From: Stegostoma tigrinum
Taxonomy: Eukaryota
DNA: 64,000 bases
Assembly (NCBI RefSeq): GCF_030684315.1
Contig: NC_081400.1
Coordinates: forward strand, 8,127,464-8,191,463
Reading direction: 5' to 3'
In this document: piece by piece, positions 40,991-55,659 of the stretch
Layout: each line of letters begins with the position of its first letter
Position numbering within the stretch: the stretch's first letter is position 1
Program-made: the position numbers and the translations under genes
The notes under the pieces: generated by a model
What the model saw: the letters and a program-made list of their open reading frames with translations, nothing else
Databases searched by the model: none
What the model was told of the DNA's origin: nothing

Positions 40991-41247
40991 TAAGAATGTT
41001 AAAAAATGAAGAAACACAATACAAAAGATTGATCTCTCACTGTGTGTCTATTCTTCTAGTTTTCTACATTTGCATTTCAGACTAATGTGCATCAAGCTAC
41101 TTCAGCACAAAATAACAATGATGAATATTTGCTTGAGGTATCGCTTAATATTGGTCCTTACTGTTTACTGAATGGAAAAATTAAAACAGCAGTGTGAATG
41201 AACTCCTGCGTCTTGCTTTGTTAGATGATTCAGCATTTCATTTCCCA

Positions 41248-41292
41248 TCAGAGTGTCTGTTCTGCTGTATATGCAAGTTGAGCATAAAGAAT
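41248..41292 (-). CDS. Copy B exon 6: terminal exon with ITIM (ILYAQLAYTAEQTL*)
   Basis: cttctcccttag| acceptor, phase 0, IxYxxL consensus, TGA at 41250-41248. Same-length paralog ILYASLASTAGSRH* at 6128-6172. Confidence 0.78.
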   Translation of the reverse strand: MLYAQLAYTAEQTL

Positions 41293-41466
41293 CTAAGGGA
41301 GAAGATATATGATATCAATAACAAAAAAAATAGGAATTATCAATTAATTTCACCCCTAGCGTGGATTCATCGGCACATTAATTAATGGAGCCAGCGTTGA
41401 AGTCAAAATATCAGTGTCTCTTGGCCTGAAAATCTGTTTTCAAGGCCCATGTACCCCAGATATTTT

Positions 41467-41494
41467 CTGAAGAAGGGTCTCGACCCGAAACATC
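41467..41494 (+). ncRNA. Minimal hammerhead ribozyme core
   Basis: CTGAAGA-A-GGGTC-TC-GACCC-GAAA-CATC. Confidence 0.55.
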
Positions 41495-42469
41495 AAACTT
41501 TCCTGCTCCTCTGATGTTGCTTGGCCTATTGTGTTCATCCAGCTTCACACCGTGTTACCACAGATATATGTCTGAACTCATATTAAATAAACAATAAGAA
41601 ATTCACTAAATCCTCTGAACCAGATCGTTGAGTGACCATGCTATGGAGCACAGAAGTAAGGCCTTTCTGCTCATCGGTTTTATGCAAGTGAAAAACAAGC
41701 ACTTCCAATTATTATAGCCCCATTTACCAAACTTTACTTCCAGGGCTTGTATACAACAAGAGCACAACTAAACACTTGTTAAAACTTGTGAGGATTTCTA
41801 TCTCCTCCACACTTACAGGCAACGGACTTTAAATTATACTCTAGTTGGAAAAGGTAAAGTCCTCAACCCTCCTCGAAACAACCTGCCTCTTAACTGAAAT
41901 CTATGCCACTAGCCATTTCTTCCTCCACGAAGGGAAAGAGAAAGTATATTCCTGTCCACAATGTTTATGTCCCTCGTAACATTGGCAAATTTACTCATGC
42001 CCCTCCTAAAAATGTTTAAATGAAAATAACCCCATCCTACCAAATCTGTCTTTATCAGTGAAAATATTACTTCTGAACATGAAATGAGTAAAATACTTCA
42101 AATTCAAATTCCGTCATCCTTGAACACATTTGAACAGGTTCATATAAAATATCCATATACACAATGCTGTTGAATTGAAAACTAAATTTTCATCATTTAA
42201 TGTAATATAAAGTACAAATGTTTGTCACTTTCTCTTTGTAACAGATCAAAGACTATAAAAATCCTAATCACAATTATCCCTTCTATTTTCCATCGCTACA
42301 CACAGGCGCATTATTCAGATTGATGCAGATTTCCTCAAAATTACTGATATTGAGGATCCAAAAAAAATGTTTTCATATCTCGTCAGTTCGACCAAAAAGT
42401 TACACAGCGCTGCTTTGGGGCATTCATTGTGGTTTTCTTTTAGGGAGCTTATTATCAACACCAACCTGC

Positions 42470-43290
42470 CTTAAATAAAAACCAAAGGAACTGTGAATAC
42501 TGCAAATCAGAAACACGAACACAAGTTGCTGTAATAGCTCAGCAGATCTGGCAGAAACTACGTAGAGAAATCAGGGTTAGCATTTCGAGCTCGGTGACCC
42601 TTCTTCACAAATGATGGAAACTTTCAGTTTATATGCTGCAGATAGGACGCGGGGAGGCGGTAAGGAGTCAATGATAGGTGGGAATACAGCCCAAAGAGAG
42701 ACAAAAACAGGTGGACAGATAAAGGCATAATAACAATCTGGCTTCGAGGGTGAATAGCTGTTAATGGCTAACAATAGTTCTTGTAATGGCAGAGCATGTA
42801 ATAACAAGGCCTGGTGTTTGGACAAGGGAGTCAGGAAATGGGTGAGTTCAGGCCCTATATTTGTTGAACTCCAGCCTGTTTCTGGAGGGCTGCATGGCCC
42901 CCAAAGGAAAATGAGGTGTTATTCTTCCAGCTTGCACGAAGTTTCTCTGGAACACTGTAGCAAGCCTGAGACAGGGATGTTAGCAGGGAACAGGGTGGTG
43001 TGTTAAAGTGGCAGGCAACTGGAAGCTCCGGGTCATTTTTGCAGGCAGAATGTAAATGTTTGGTGAAGCGGCCACCCAGCCACCTCTGCGTTTCCCCAAT
43101 GTAGAAGAGAGCACATTGTGAGCAGTAAATGTGGTAGACTAGATTGTATGAACTGCAGGTGAAGTTTCTGCGCTACCAGCATTTCTGAAGGGTCACCGGA
43201 CCCAAGATGTTAGCTTTTATTTCTCTTCACTGATGCTGCCAAGACCTGCTGAACTTTTCCAGAAACTTCTGTTTTTGTTTCTGTCTTAAA
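42470..43290 (-). mobile_element. Penelope-like remnant inside the last intron of copy B
   Basis: Antisense YIGET/HFN/LEE..LIF GIY-YIG C-terminal remnants, flanked by hammerhead-type termini. Confidence 0.65.
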
Positions 43291-43335
43291 TTCTTATCCG
43301 AAATCTAATGATAATGATAATTTCCCTGCACTCAC

Positions 43336-43394
43336 CTCCTTTTCTTTGTCACGATGTCTCGAATCTGAGCAATTATATTTCTTGGCTCGATCAG
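43336..43394 (-). CDS. Copy B exon 5: cytoplasmic (ADRAKKYNCSDSRHRDKEKE)
   Basis: tttccctttgtattag| acceptor, GAG|gtgagt donor, 59 nt, phase 1-0, 140 nt after the TM exon. Phases fit both neighbours. Confidence 0.7.
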
Positions 43395-43534
43395 CTAATA
43401 CAAAGGGAAACATAAACATTTGCAATTTCCACAATGAAATTTTGTTGATTATCATATAAATAAACACAGCAAAATAAAATTCGACAGTAATGTGATTAAT
43501 TTTGAGTAAAAACACGGGCACATCACATTCTTAC

Positions 43535-43642
43535 CCGCATTTTGGTTCCTGCGGCTCCAACTAATGACTACAGTGGAAGCCATAAGGAGGAAAATCATCA
43601 GAACGGAACTTCCATAAAGCAAGAAAGGACAAATCAGACGTC
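43535..43642 (-). CDS. Copy B exon 4: connecting peptide + transmembrane (GRLICPFLLYGSSVLMIFLLMASTVVISWSRRNQNA)
   Basis: Polypyrimidine tract + caaccag| acceptor, |gtaag donor, 108 nt, phase 1-1. Uncharged hydrophobic run followed by RR. Clear paralog at 7108-7216. Confidence 0.8.
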
Positions 43643-44984
43643 CTGGTTGTGAAAAGGTAAAAATGTTACCATTAAAATTTTCATCACCTGAGCTATCATA
43701 TATGGCAGAAAGACTAGGGACAGGCATGAACGTTATTTTGAAACAATGATGGTTTAGAACTTAATGTCTCACTAGAGGGTTCCTCCATAAGGTTCTTATG
43801 ACAAACTACCAAATGTTTTCTGCAAGCAATTGCACTGGCCACAAACTTTAATTATCCGATTGAATAGTTTAGCAAAACATGATACTAACTACTGGGTGTG
43901 TTTTAAACTGTCAAGAAATGTCATTAATTTTCCATCATTAATGTTTACCAATGATCAAAACTCTCTTTTCAAATTTGGATTAAAATCATTGAGTTCCAAA
44001 GTGTGAATGTCGAAAGTTTGTATGACTATTCAAGAATTAATTACTTCTCTATTTGAGAAGTTCTTAGAGGCTGACACGCTTTTACAAGGCAGGTTTAAGG
44101 TAATCAGGCACAGGCCACAATTTAAGTCAATGGAAGAAGCAGTGATTTCAACGTCTGAGCCCACAAATTAATAAATACATTTATGTTGTTTTGGGTAGGT
44201 TGGACTCGCAATCATTGACTTCCAGTTGGAGAACTTTAGAATTGCGTAGAGTAGAAGCTACTGAGCACATCAGGAGCACATGGCTTAACTTAGAAGTTGG
44301 TCGTGGGAAGAGAAGCTCAGATTAAAATTTTATTTGATGGGAAAAATAAAGAACAGATTTCAGTTAAGGAAAAGCGTACATTATGAGAATACTGCTTCCT
44401 AGCAAATAATGTCAGCAAGAAACTGTATCAAAAACAATATTGTCAAACATTGCATGAAGGCCTAGAATGCAGACAATGTTTAGAGACAGGGAATTGGCAG
44501 ACTCAGTTAGAAATGTTAGCAAACATTATGCAAGACCAAATAGTCCTTGATTAAATGAATCACAAGGCGTTAATGAAATTCGCAGGAGAAATAGAATTAT
44601 CTTTCTCTGATCTTTTATGTTACATAGTTGAATTTTTGACAATGCGGTGTTGTAAGTGGCAAATAGGCTTATAAAAGTATTGGATTTTCCTGCCATTAAT
44701 CTGAATCTGTCATGTTAGGTATAGAATGCCTTTCCTCTGTTTATGCTGTTAGAAGCATCTATATCATTTAGTGCTGCAATCAGTACACTTGGCTCGAGCT
44801 ATTGAAATGCCACTGCAAAACTAGCGAGTATAGCTTATTTACTACCCATGGATAGTGCATGAGGCTGATAAAAGGAGGAGGTCAGTATCAAAGTATTAGA
44901 AAGAGCAATGAGCATAGGAAGTGTTAAGAAGAGAAGAGTAGATAAAGAATACTCTGTGTCTGCAGAATTCACACAGAATATGTA

Positions 44985-45450
44985 TGGCGGAGGAGATTTA
45001 CCAGGATCCTGGCTGGACTGGAGGGCAGATCTGATGACGAAAGGTCGAGGGAGCTAGGGCTTTTGTCATTGGAGTGAAGAAGGATGAGAATTGACTTAAT
45101 AGATGTGTACAAGATAATGAGAGGCATAGATAGAGCAGATAGCCAGATTTTTCTTTCCCAGGGTGGAAACGAGTATTGTGAGGGGCTCAATTTTATTGTG
45201 ATAGGAGGAAAGTGTAGGGGAGATGTTGGAGGTAGGTTCTTTACACAGAGAGTGGACTACGTTGCTGGCATTGGGAGTGGTATTAGATACAAGTGGAATT
45301 AGGAACATTTAAACTATTCTTGGATAGGCACATGGGTGATAGGAAAATGTAGGGTTTGTGGGGGAGTTCATTTTTAGAGTAGGATAATAGGTCGCACAAC
45401 ATCATGGGAAAAGGGTCTGTACTGTGCTGTACAATTCTATGTTCTCTCTA
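44985..45450 (+). mobile_element. CR1 3' fragment
   Basis: DLIDVYKIMRGIDR...FFTQRV and a ttctatgttc tail. Confidence 0.85.
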
Positions 45451-48024
45451 TGTCCTTTTGAGCTAAATCAGTGCTGATTATATTCACACAGGAGATGTAG
45501 TAAAGACACACACTAGTGATAACTATGCTCAGTGCGATGAAATGAAATAATTGAAATGCAGTTAAGAAATAGAGGAGGAACAGAATTTGATGGTTTTGGT
45601 GTGCTTCATTGCAAATTTAATGGTAGAACAACGATCAAAATAACTTAGAGGATGTTAAATGAGACCACATAGTGTCTTGAAAAATAAGAAGTATAAAAAA
45701 GGTGATAATTATATCACTATATTGTATTTGCAATTGTGCAGATAAAATAATGCTAAAAATACAATTGTTAGTGGGTGTTAATTATTACGGTAAAAACAAA
45801 TATTTATTCAGAGATTTTAGATGAAATAACTTCTGAATTTGTGAGAGATCAAGCCTACATCCATCTAACGAATTGCAACTGCATTGAAATGTGAATGTTT
45901 GGTAGTTTAACAAAAATGTTAGGGACATCAGTACCAGGAGATGAATTCCATGACTGTCTTCCAAGTCATTAACATAGATAAATCCCCAAGGTCAGATAAT
46001 ATCTATCCCAGGGTACTGAAGAAGGCAAGAGAGGAGTTTGCTGACAACTTGACAGAGATCTCTGTAGCCCTTTCATCCATAGGCAAAGCCCGAGAAGAAC
46101 GTTGAATAGCCAGGGTTAATTCTTTGTTGAAGAAGGGACACAAGAATAATCCAGGAAAACATTGTCTGACAACTTATAACACAGGAAGGAGAATTATTAC
46201 GGAAAATTGTGTGAGAGAGGAATTGATGTCAATTGAGGAAAAAAAAAAGAATTTGTTTGGAAAAGACAGGATGGCATTAGTCAGTCATGCTGACAACACA
46301 GTGTGGAGCTGGAGCAATATAGCAGGACAGGCAGCATCATAGGAGCAAGCAAGTTGACGTTTCAGGTCGGGACCCTTCTTCAGAAATGGGGAGGGAGGAG
46401 GGAGCTTGCAAATAAATAGAGAGAAGGAGTGGGGCTGGCGAACTTAGGTGAGATGGTGATAGGTGAGTGCAGGGAGGGAGTGTTGGAGATTGGTAGGTGG
46501 GATAGGTGGGGCGGATTGGTGGAGTGTCCATCTTCTCCCCAACCCAGGGAGATTAGAACACGGGAAAGGGATACTTAGAAGGGTATGTGTGCTCAACACA
46601 CGAGTCAAGATTTGGGAGTGTGAGTGACCCATATCTGAATCTCCCCCTCTGATTGTCTATTCACTTCTTGATTCTGTGTTTCTCTATGATTCGCTCCATA
46701 TTTAACTTCTCTCCCACCACCTGCTGATTCTCCCCCCGTCTACTTCTTTCTCCCTCTCTGATTCTTTCTTGTGTTTCCAATTCACTCCCCTCATATCCTG
46801 CTTCTCTCCCACTGAAATCCATTTTAAAAGTGCCAACACTTCAACGCATAATTGGGTTTCTGCTCGTGGAGAGTTGTCCCTCTGACATCTCACGACAATG
46901 CTTCATGATGACATAATGTCTGGAACTCTTCGCTTTTGTGTTTTTGGGTCAGCATGCATCCATAGTCATGGGTGTCAAAAAACACAGACTTAATTCTTAA
47001 AGACTTATGATCACTGTCATAAAAATTTCCAGCCGTAGTCGTTTGCTACTTGCCTGGCTTCTTTCTCTCAAAGATAGTAGGAACTGCAGATGCTGGAGAA
47101 TCTGAGATAATAACATATAGAGTTGGATGAACACAGCAGGCCAAGCAGCATTAGAGGAGCAGGAAAGCTGAATTTTTGGGCCTAAACCCTTCTTCAAAAT
47201 TTTCTGAAGAGAGGTCTAGGCCCAAAACGTTCCTCAAAGACGTCATTGATGCAAGGGAATGTGATGTTAATTTGATGACAGTGACTTAATTGAAGGAGGC
47301 ATATGCAAATTAGCAAAACCTCTCTTGGACATATATTAGGAGCTTAGTTCACTTTAAGTATTTCTCCATCCCTCTTAACATCTTGCCATTTCCATATCAT
47401 TTTAGTTCTATACCTCTGAGATTTTGTCTAAATATCTGTGTATTGCTTCCTCACTTCTTGGATTTCTACATACCCCAAACAAGTGATTGTCGCTTTTGCT
47501 TTAAGTTTCATACACATGACCTCTTTTGAGAAAGTTTCCAAGGTATCACCTAACCTTATCGGAGTTATTTATTCCTTGATTAAAATAGTGAGTTTACGCT
47601 TCTTGTGTAGGTCTCTCTTCACCCCATCTTGCCTGAATTGTCTATAATCTGGCATATTATGCCAATTTGCATATGCCTCTTTCAAATAAGTTTCTGTCAC
47701 GAAATTAGCATCACATTGCCTTGCATTAATGAACAAACTGCATTCATATAACTGACACATGAAATTATTTGCATCAAATTAATGGCACTGAACATTGCCA
47801 TGCTCCCTTCATTTTTATAACTTGACTACATTGACACCGCCTTCTAGATTGACTTTGCTCATCTTGCAAGTTTGTTTTCACGTTAGCCATTCCAGTACAG
47901 ATAATACATATCCTACTTAACAAAATTGGTTGAAGCCTCAAGAGCAACCACCTTGCCACCTGATAAGTCCTCAGTTGGTTCCATTCAGCACATTTTGCTA
48001 TTGTTTCAGATTTGCAGCAAAGAA

Positions 48025-50420
48025 CAGAGGACAAAGAAAATTACAGCATACGAACAGATCCTTTGGCCCACCAAGCCTGCAAAGACAAGTTGCCCATCAC
48101 AACTAAAACCCCCTCCCCTTCTGGGGACTGTATCCCGCTATTCCCATTCTATTCATGCATTTGTCAAAACACCCTTTACACATCAGAATTGTATCTCATG
48201 CAGCTACTTCCCCTGGCAGCTAGTTTTAGGCACCCACCACCCTTGGTACAAACAAAATCTTACCGGGTACGTCACCTTTAAACCTGGTCCCTTGCACCTT
48301 AAATTTTTGCCCCCCCAGTAACTGACTCTTGCACCCTGGGAAAAAAGGTACTGACTGTCCACTATCTCCGTGCCCTTCATAATGTTGCAAACCTCTAACA
48401 GGTCTCCCCTCAACCTCAGTCACTGCAGTGAGAACAATCATTTTTCTCCATATTCTCATCATAGCTAAGGCTCTCCCTACCAGGAAATATCCAGACAAAT
48501 GTTTTCTGTACCCTCTCCAAGGCCGCCACATCCTTATGTTGCCTTATCAATGACAGTTTGCCACCTGCATTGCCACTTTCAGTTACCTGTGTACCTGTAC
48601 ACGCAGATCCCCCTGCCTATCAGAGCACTTACGTGTTCTGGCATTTATGTAGAACGGTCTAGGTCCGAAACATCAGCTTTTGTGCTCCAAAGATGCTGCT
48701 TGGCCTGCTGTGTTCATCCAGTTCCACACTTTGTTATCTTCCAAAATGCATTGCCTCACATTTTCCCGGGTTAAACTCCATCTGCCATCTCCCTGCCCAA
48801 GTCACCAACCGATCTATATCCAGCTGTAACCTTTGAAGGTCCTCAACACTTTTGGCTACCAATCTTTGTTCCATCAGCAAACTTACTAATTGCACCAGTT
48901 ACATTTCCCCCAAATCACTTATATCTATTAGAAATAGCAAATGACCCAATACTGATCCCTGAGGAATGCCACTAGTCACAGCCCTCCATTCAGAAACACA
49001 CCCTTCCACTGCTACCCTCTGTCTTCTACGACCAAACCAATATTTTTTATCCGTCTTGCAAGCTCACCTCTGACCCCATGCGATTTTACCTTCTGCATCA
49101 ACCTGCCATAAGGGACTTTGTCAGAGGTCTTGCTGAAGTCCATGTAGACAGGATCCACTGCCCTACCCTCATTGATCATCTTCATAACTTCTCAAAAAAC
49201 TCAACCAAATTAGCGAGACATGATCTTCCTTTCACAAAACCAAAATGCCTCTCGCTAATATGCCCACTTATTTCCAAGTTGGAGTGAATATTTTTTCGAA
49301 GAATCTACACCAACAATTTCACTGCCACTGACATAAGGCTCTGTAATGAGCTGGATTATTCTTGCAGCCTTCTTAAACAAAGGATCAACATCAGCTACTC
49401 TCCAATCCTCTGAGACCTTCCCTGCAGCCAGTCAGGATACAAAGATTTCCCTCAAAGCCCCCAGAAATTTCCACCCTGGCGTCTTTCAGTATTTTGGAGT
49501 ATATTCCATCAGGCCCTGGGAACTTGTCTACATCCATGTTTTTTTTCAAGAGCCCAACATCTTCTCCCTTTTGATCTCAACATGATCCAAACTATCTATG
49601 CACGAATCCCCAAACTTATCTCTTCGGTGAATACTGACACAAAGTACTCATTCAATACATTGCCCTTTTTTTCTGGCTCGACACATAAATTCCCTTCCTT
49701 GTCCTTGAGTCCGTTATGCCTCTCCATGGCTAAAGCTAGCTCTTTATATATGTATAAAAAGCCTTGGGGTTTTCCTTAATCCTGTTGGCCCATGACATTT
49801 CATGACCCCTTTTAGCCTTCTCACTCCTTGCTTAAGTTTCTCCTGACTTTCCTAGCTTTGTGTGTTCCTAGCCTCCTACTCTTGATAAATGCATCCTTTT
49901 TCTTTTTGTTTAGGCTCACAATATCTCTCATTATCCAAAGTTACCTCAATGTTCCTTAGTTAACCTTCATCCTTACAGAAATCTGCTGTTCCCAAGTTCC
50001 TCGCAACTAGCACTTGAAAGCCTCCCACATACCACATTTTGATTTGCCCTCAGACATCTGCCACCAATCTACTTTCTACAGTTCCTGTCCAATATTGTTG
50101 CAATTAGCCTTCCCCCAGTTTAACAGCTTCACCTCACAACTGTACCTATCTTTATCTATCAGTACCTTAAAGCTTAGAGAATTGTGATCACTCTTCCTGA
50201 GCTGCTCCCCCAACTGAAATAGAGCAGCTCTCTTAATAGAGAGAGATTACTGATGGTCGTTAAGCATGGCAGTCATTGCAACTTAACTGATGGAGAATTT
50301 GAGAAGATGTGACATTCATGGTAACCTCAACCTCCCCGACTGAATAATCGACATCTGGTCGGGCTCATTTCCCTGTACTAGTTCTAGTACGGCTCCCTTC
50401 TTCATAGGACTACCTACACA
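48025..50420 (-). mobile_element. CR1 LINE, degraded
   Basis: GDLLEVCNIMKG, antisense RT segments and an ELVQGNEPDQ endonuclease remnant. Confidence 0.8.
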
Positions 50421-52099
50421 AGGAGCTGCAGGGATGGGGTTGTTGGGAAGATCATTGGGAATTACCCACAAACCAATTTCCAGAAGCAGTGACTGCACTG
50501 ATGCAGATCTTCCCAAGGTCAGCCAATCAGTGTTACCACTCTGCTGCCCTCTTCCGGGTGAGTTGTCAGTTCTTTGTTAACTTTCATTGAGTTAGTATAT
50601 TCAAATTATCCTGGATGGTTGGTTAGCTTAATTGACTAGTCAGCTGAATTTTCGTATTGGCTGGAGTTGCCATGAATGTCCCATCTTCTCATGTTCTCCA
50701 TCCACTAAGATGTGATGACTGCCATGCTTAACGACCACCAGTAGTCTCTCTCTATTAAGAGAGCAGCTTTGTTTTCCTCTAGGACTGTGGTTACTTTACA
50801 TTACCTAGCATTCTTAGTGCTGCATTAGATGGATGTAAAACATAAGCCACCGTAGCATTTTACACGCAGTTGAAAGTCATAATAGAATAGGTAAGATGAA
50901 TTTCACATCACATTTGAGATTTTATGTGCCGGAGGCAAAACTCATGTTGCATACATGGATAGTAGAATAAATTGTATTAACAGGTGGCATGTTCTCATAT
51001 GGGAAATAAAAAAAAAGTCCTGCTCTTTTATTCGTATTGTACCCTGATTATTGTGTGAAGGATATACTTTCCTTCATTGGGAAATGGTATACTTGCCTGA
51101 GAGACATGGAGGGATACAGGAGTGGGTGATAATGTCACACATGGAGAGATTATTGACTGAGGCTGTATTGACTAAGTTGAGAAGAATGACAGTGCTCTGA
51201 ATGAAGCATAAAGAAGTCTAAGAGCCCTCGGCAGACGTGATGAAGTAAGGGTGCTTCTCCTGTTTGTTTAAGTCGACAACAGGACTCAAAGTATTAAGGT
51301 ATCGGATATTTACGGCTGGAATGAGGAAACATTTCCTCTTTCAGTTGGCCAACATGTTCGGTTCTCTACCATGGAAGACAGAGAAAGCTGGATCAGTAAG
51401 AATGTTTCTTAAAGAGGTTTTCTTTTAAATATTCAAAGCATCAAAATGTACAGAGACAATGTGGGGAAATGATGAGGAGATAAATGAATATGTCTTGATA
51501 ATCTGAGTCACAGAACAGAAACATTGGAGCTAGAAGCATTAGGATCTTAAACTAGATATCAGGCCAGTACTAACAAATGATGGAGTGTTAGGCGAAGAGA
51601 TAACACCATCACATTGGCTACCAATGGACCTAAAGAAAAAAAAAACTAATTGCCTGATTCTTACAGTCAGTAAAATTGACAAGTCTCAAGAGAAAAGAAA
51701 AAGATGACCAGACTTCAATTGCACAACCTGAACTGTATTTGTCCAACATGATTTTTTTTACAATCTTATGGGACAGTATCAACAATAATCTACAAATAAT
51801 TGGCATGATTGAAACATTCCAGAAGTGCTGTAGAACCAGAGGCCTCTGTAAACAGGAGGCTCCTTTGGTAGGTTATTTGAAGGAACCTCAACAAGTTCAA
51901 TGATCATATCGAGTTTTTTATGTTGATAATGGATAAAGATTCACTCGTGAATGTGAAAAATGTTTTACTTGATGACAATGGGTATGAAATATCTTGCATA
52001 TAAAAACAATTGTTAGAATGGGATTTTAATTTCCTTTCCAGAATTGAAAACTTCTTTTTGTGATTTTGGCAGAATCCTACAGATTAGATTTTTTTTCTA

Positions 52100-55040
52100 T
52101 GCCTTCGTAGGATGTGAGCAACGCTGGCTAGCCAGCATTTCTTGCCGATCCTTGTTTCCCTTGAGAAGGTGATGGTAAACTGCCTTCTTGAACTGCTGCA
52201 ACTCACCTGTTATCGACTAACCTACATTGCCGTTAGAGGGATTTCCAGGATTGGGATCCAGCAACAGCGTAGGAACAGTAATATATCTTTAAGTAAGGAT
52301 TTTGAGTGGCTTGGAGGGGAACTTCAAGATGGTAGTGTTCCCACGTGTTTGGTGCTCTATACTTCTAGATGGAAGTGGCCCTGTGGTTGTAAGGTGCTAT
52401 CTGACAATCTTTGGTAAATTTCTGCAGTGCATCTTGTAGATAGTGCTTTGGATAGTAGAATGAGTGAATACTTGTGGACGTAATGCCAATCCAGTGGGCT
52501 CTTTTATTCTGGAAGCTATCAACCTTCTTGAATGTTGTCAGGGCTGCACTCATCCAGGCAAGTGAGGAGCATTCCATCATACTCCTGACTTGTGCCTTGT
52601 AGAGAGTGGACAGGCTTTGAGGAATTAAGGAGGTGAGTTACTCTCCACAGTATTCATAGAACATAGAACATTACAGCACAGTACAGGCCCATCGGATCTC
52701 GATGTTGTGCCTACCTGCCATACCAATCTGAAGCCCATCTAACCTACACTATTCCATGTATGTCCATATGCTTATCCAATGAAAATTTAAATGTACTTAA
52801 AGTTGGCGAATCTACTACCATTGCAGGCAAAGCGTTCCATACTCTCACTACTCTCTGAGTAAAGAAACTACCTCTGACATCTGTCCTATATCTATCACCC
52901 CTCAATTTAAAGCTATGCCCCCTCGTGCTCGCCATCACCATCCAAGAGAAAAGGGTCTCCCTATCCACCTTATCTAACCCTCTGATTATCTTATATGTCT
53001 CAATTAAGTCCCCTCCCAAACTTCTTCTCTCCAAATGAAAACAGCCTCAAGTCCCGCAGGCTTTCCTTGTAAGACCTTCCCTCCATATCAGGCAACATCC
53101 TAGTAAATCTCCTCTGCACCCTTTCCAAAGCTTCCACATCCTTCTTATAATGCGGTGACCAGAACTGTACGAAATGCTCCATGTGCGGCCGCACCAGAGT
53201 TTTGTACAGCTGCAGCATAACCTCTTGGTTCCAGAACTCCATCCTTCTTTTAAAAAAAGCTAAAACACTGTATGCCTTCTTAACAGCCCTGTCAACCTGG
53301 GTGGCAACTTTCAAGTGTCTGTGTACATGGACACCGGGATTTCTCTGCTCATCTACACTACCAAGAATCTTACCATTAGCCCAGTACTTTGCATTCCAGT
53401 TACTCCTACCCAAGTGCATCACCTCACACGTGTCCGCTTTAAACTCCATTGCCACCTCTCAGCCCAGCTCTGCAGCTTATCTATGTCTCTCTGTAACCTA
53501 CAACATCCTTCATTACTATCCACAACTCCACCGACCTTAGTGTCGTCTGCAAATTTACTAACCCATCCTTCTATGCCCTCATCCAGGTTGTTTATAAAAA
53601 TAATGAACAGCAGTGGACCCAACACCGACCCTTGTGGTACACCACTAGTAACTGGTCTCCAGGATGAACATTTCCCATCAACCACCGCCCTCTGTCTTCT
53701 TTCAGCAAGCCAATTTCTGATCCAAACTGCTATATCTCCCACAATCCCATTCCTCTGCATTTTGTACAAAAGCCTACTGTGGGGAACCTTATCGAAAGCC
53801 TTGCTGAAATCCATATACACCAGATCAACTGGTTTACTCTCATCTACCTGTTTGGTCACATTCTCAAAGAACTCAATAAGGTTTGTGAGGCACGACCTAC
53901 CCTTCACAAAAGCGTGCTGACTATCCCTAATCAAATTATTCTTTTCTAGATGATTATAAATCCTATCTCTTATAACCTTTTCCAATACTTTACCAACAAC
54001 TGAAGTAAGGCACACTGGTCTATAATTACCAGGGTTGTCTCTACTCCCCTTCTTGAACAGGGGAACCACATTTGCTATCTATTCCTAGCTTCTGACCTTG
54101 TCTTGTAGGCCCAGTGTATATATGATGAGTCCAGCTGAGTTTCTGGGCAATGATATCCTCCCAGGATGTTGATAGTGGGGAATTCAGTGATGGTAACGCC
54201 ATTGGATATCAAGCGGTAGTTGTTAGATTGTTTCTATTTGGTGATGGTCATACACTGGCATTTTTGTGACGTGGATGTCACTTGCCACTTGTCAGCCAGA
54301 GGCTGCATATTGTCCACATCTTGTTGCATTTGAACGAAGGACAGCTTCAGTATCTGAGGAGTCACAAATGGTGCTTAACATTGTGCAATCATCAGTGAAC
54401 CTCTCCACTTCTGACCTTATGATGGAAAGAAGTTCATTGATGAAGCAGCTGAAGATGGTTGGGCCGAGCGCACTGCACTGAGAAACACCTGCAGAGATGT
54501 CCTGGAACCGAGATGATTGATCTCCAACAACCCCAACTACCTTTCCTATGTGTCAGTTATTACTCCAAACCTTTTTTGCCCCCGATGCCCATTACTTCCA
54601 GTTTTGCTAGGGTTCCTTGATGTCACACTCAGTCGATCGCAGCCTTGATGCCAAGGGCTGCCACTCTCACCTCACCTGTGGAATTTAGTTCTTTTGGTCA
54701 TGTTTGAACCAAGGCTGTAATGAGGCCAGGAGCTGAGTAGTCCTGTCAGAACCCGAACTGGTCATCTCTGAGCGCGTTATTGCTGAGCAGGTAATGCTTG
54801 ATAGTACTATTGATGGCATCTTCCATCACTTTACTGTTGATTGAGACTAGACTGCTGTGGTAGCGATTGGCAGCACTGGATTTGCCCTGCTTTTTGAGTA
54901 CAGGACATACTTGAGCAATTTTCCACATTGCCAGATAGATATCAGTGTTGTAACTGTATTGAACAAGCCTGGCCCGGGGAGTGGCAAGCTCGGGAGCACA
55001 ATTAATCAATTCTATCGCCAGAATATTACCAGGGTCAGTA
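52100..55040 (-). mobile_element. Older non-LTR retrotransposon (CR1/L2-group) interrupted by a younger CR1
   Basis: MWKIAQVCPVLKK...SINSKVME...DQFGF (54746-55171) and MECSSLAW (52365-52580) flank the nested element. Confidence 0.7.
52655..54082 (-). mobile_element. Young 5'-truncated CR1 (RT)
   Basis: ORFs 53419-54069, 53000-53455 and 52744-53034 with intact RT motifs. catagaacatagaac tail. Confidence 0.95.
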
Positions 55041-55659
55041 GTGTGAATTGAACAGGAACTAATGAAGAAAGGCCTTTCCACATCTGAATCTGCCCAAACC
55101 CAGAAATTCAATACATTCACTTCAATTACAAAGGGGACCATTAGGGATCTTGGCAGAAGACGCCTTGGCACAGATTGCGCTTAACACGTCTGGAATGAAC
55201 ATTAATTACAATAACGAGCAGTGATGGACCAACAAGGAAAGAAATAGAAGAATACTTGTTAGTCGGGGGGATAATGATGAAATAATTTTTGGAAATACGA
55301 CAGAACAGAAACTCCAGAATTGATCTCTTCATTGAAATCCTTTGTTTCGATTTATAGATACACTGTAATAGTCAAAGCTAAATCGGTGAAGTGTGAACAA
55401 ATGTCGTGAGCATAAATTCAAATTTAATATTTGAAAGTATAGACTTGCCTCCAACTATGCATGTATTTCCTAGATAGATTGAAGGATCTAACTATGCAGA
55501 AATAAAGATAAACTAGGCAGCAAGGTGAGAAAGTAAATGAGGTGGTAGTTTGTCAGAAACATTGAAAGAAAACGATTTTTGGTGAATAAACAGCTGATAC
55601 AAACACTCAGTGTCTCATCGGAATTAAATATAAAATATATCAATAATATAAATTGTTAC

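Noticed and set aside
55141-55332. ORF with the hydrophobic patch SISFLVGPSLLVIVINV as the TM exon
   Set aside because: No suitable phase-1 acceptor before the patch and no paralog. The exon at 43535-43642 has good splice sites and a copy A homolog.
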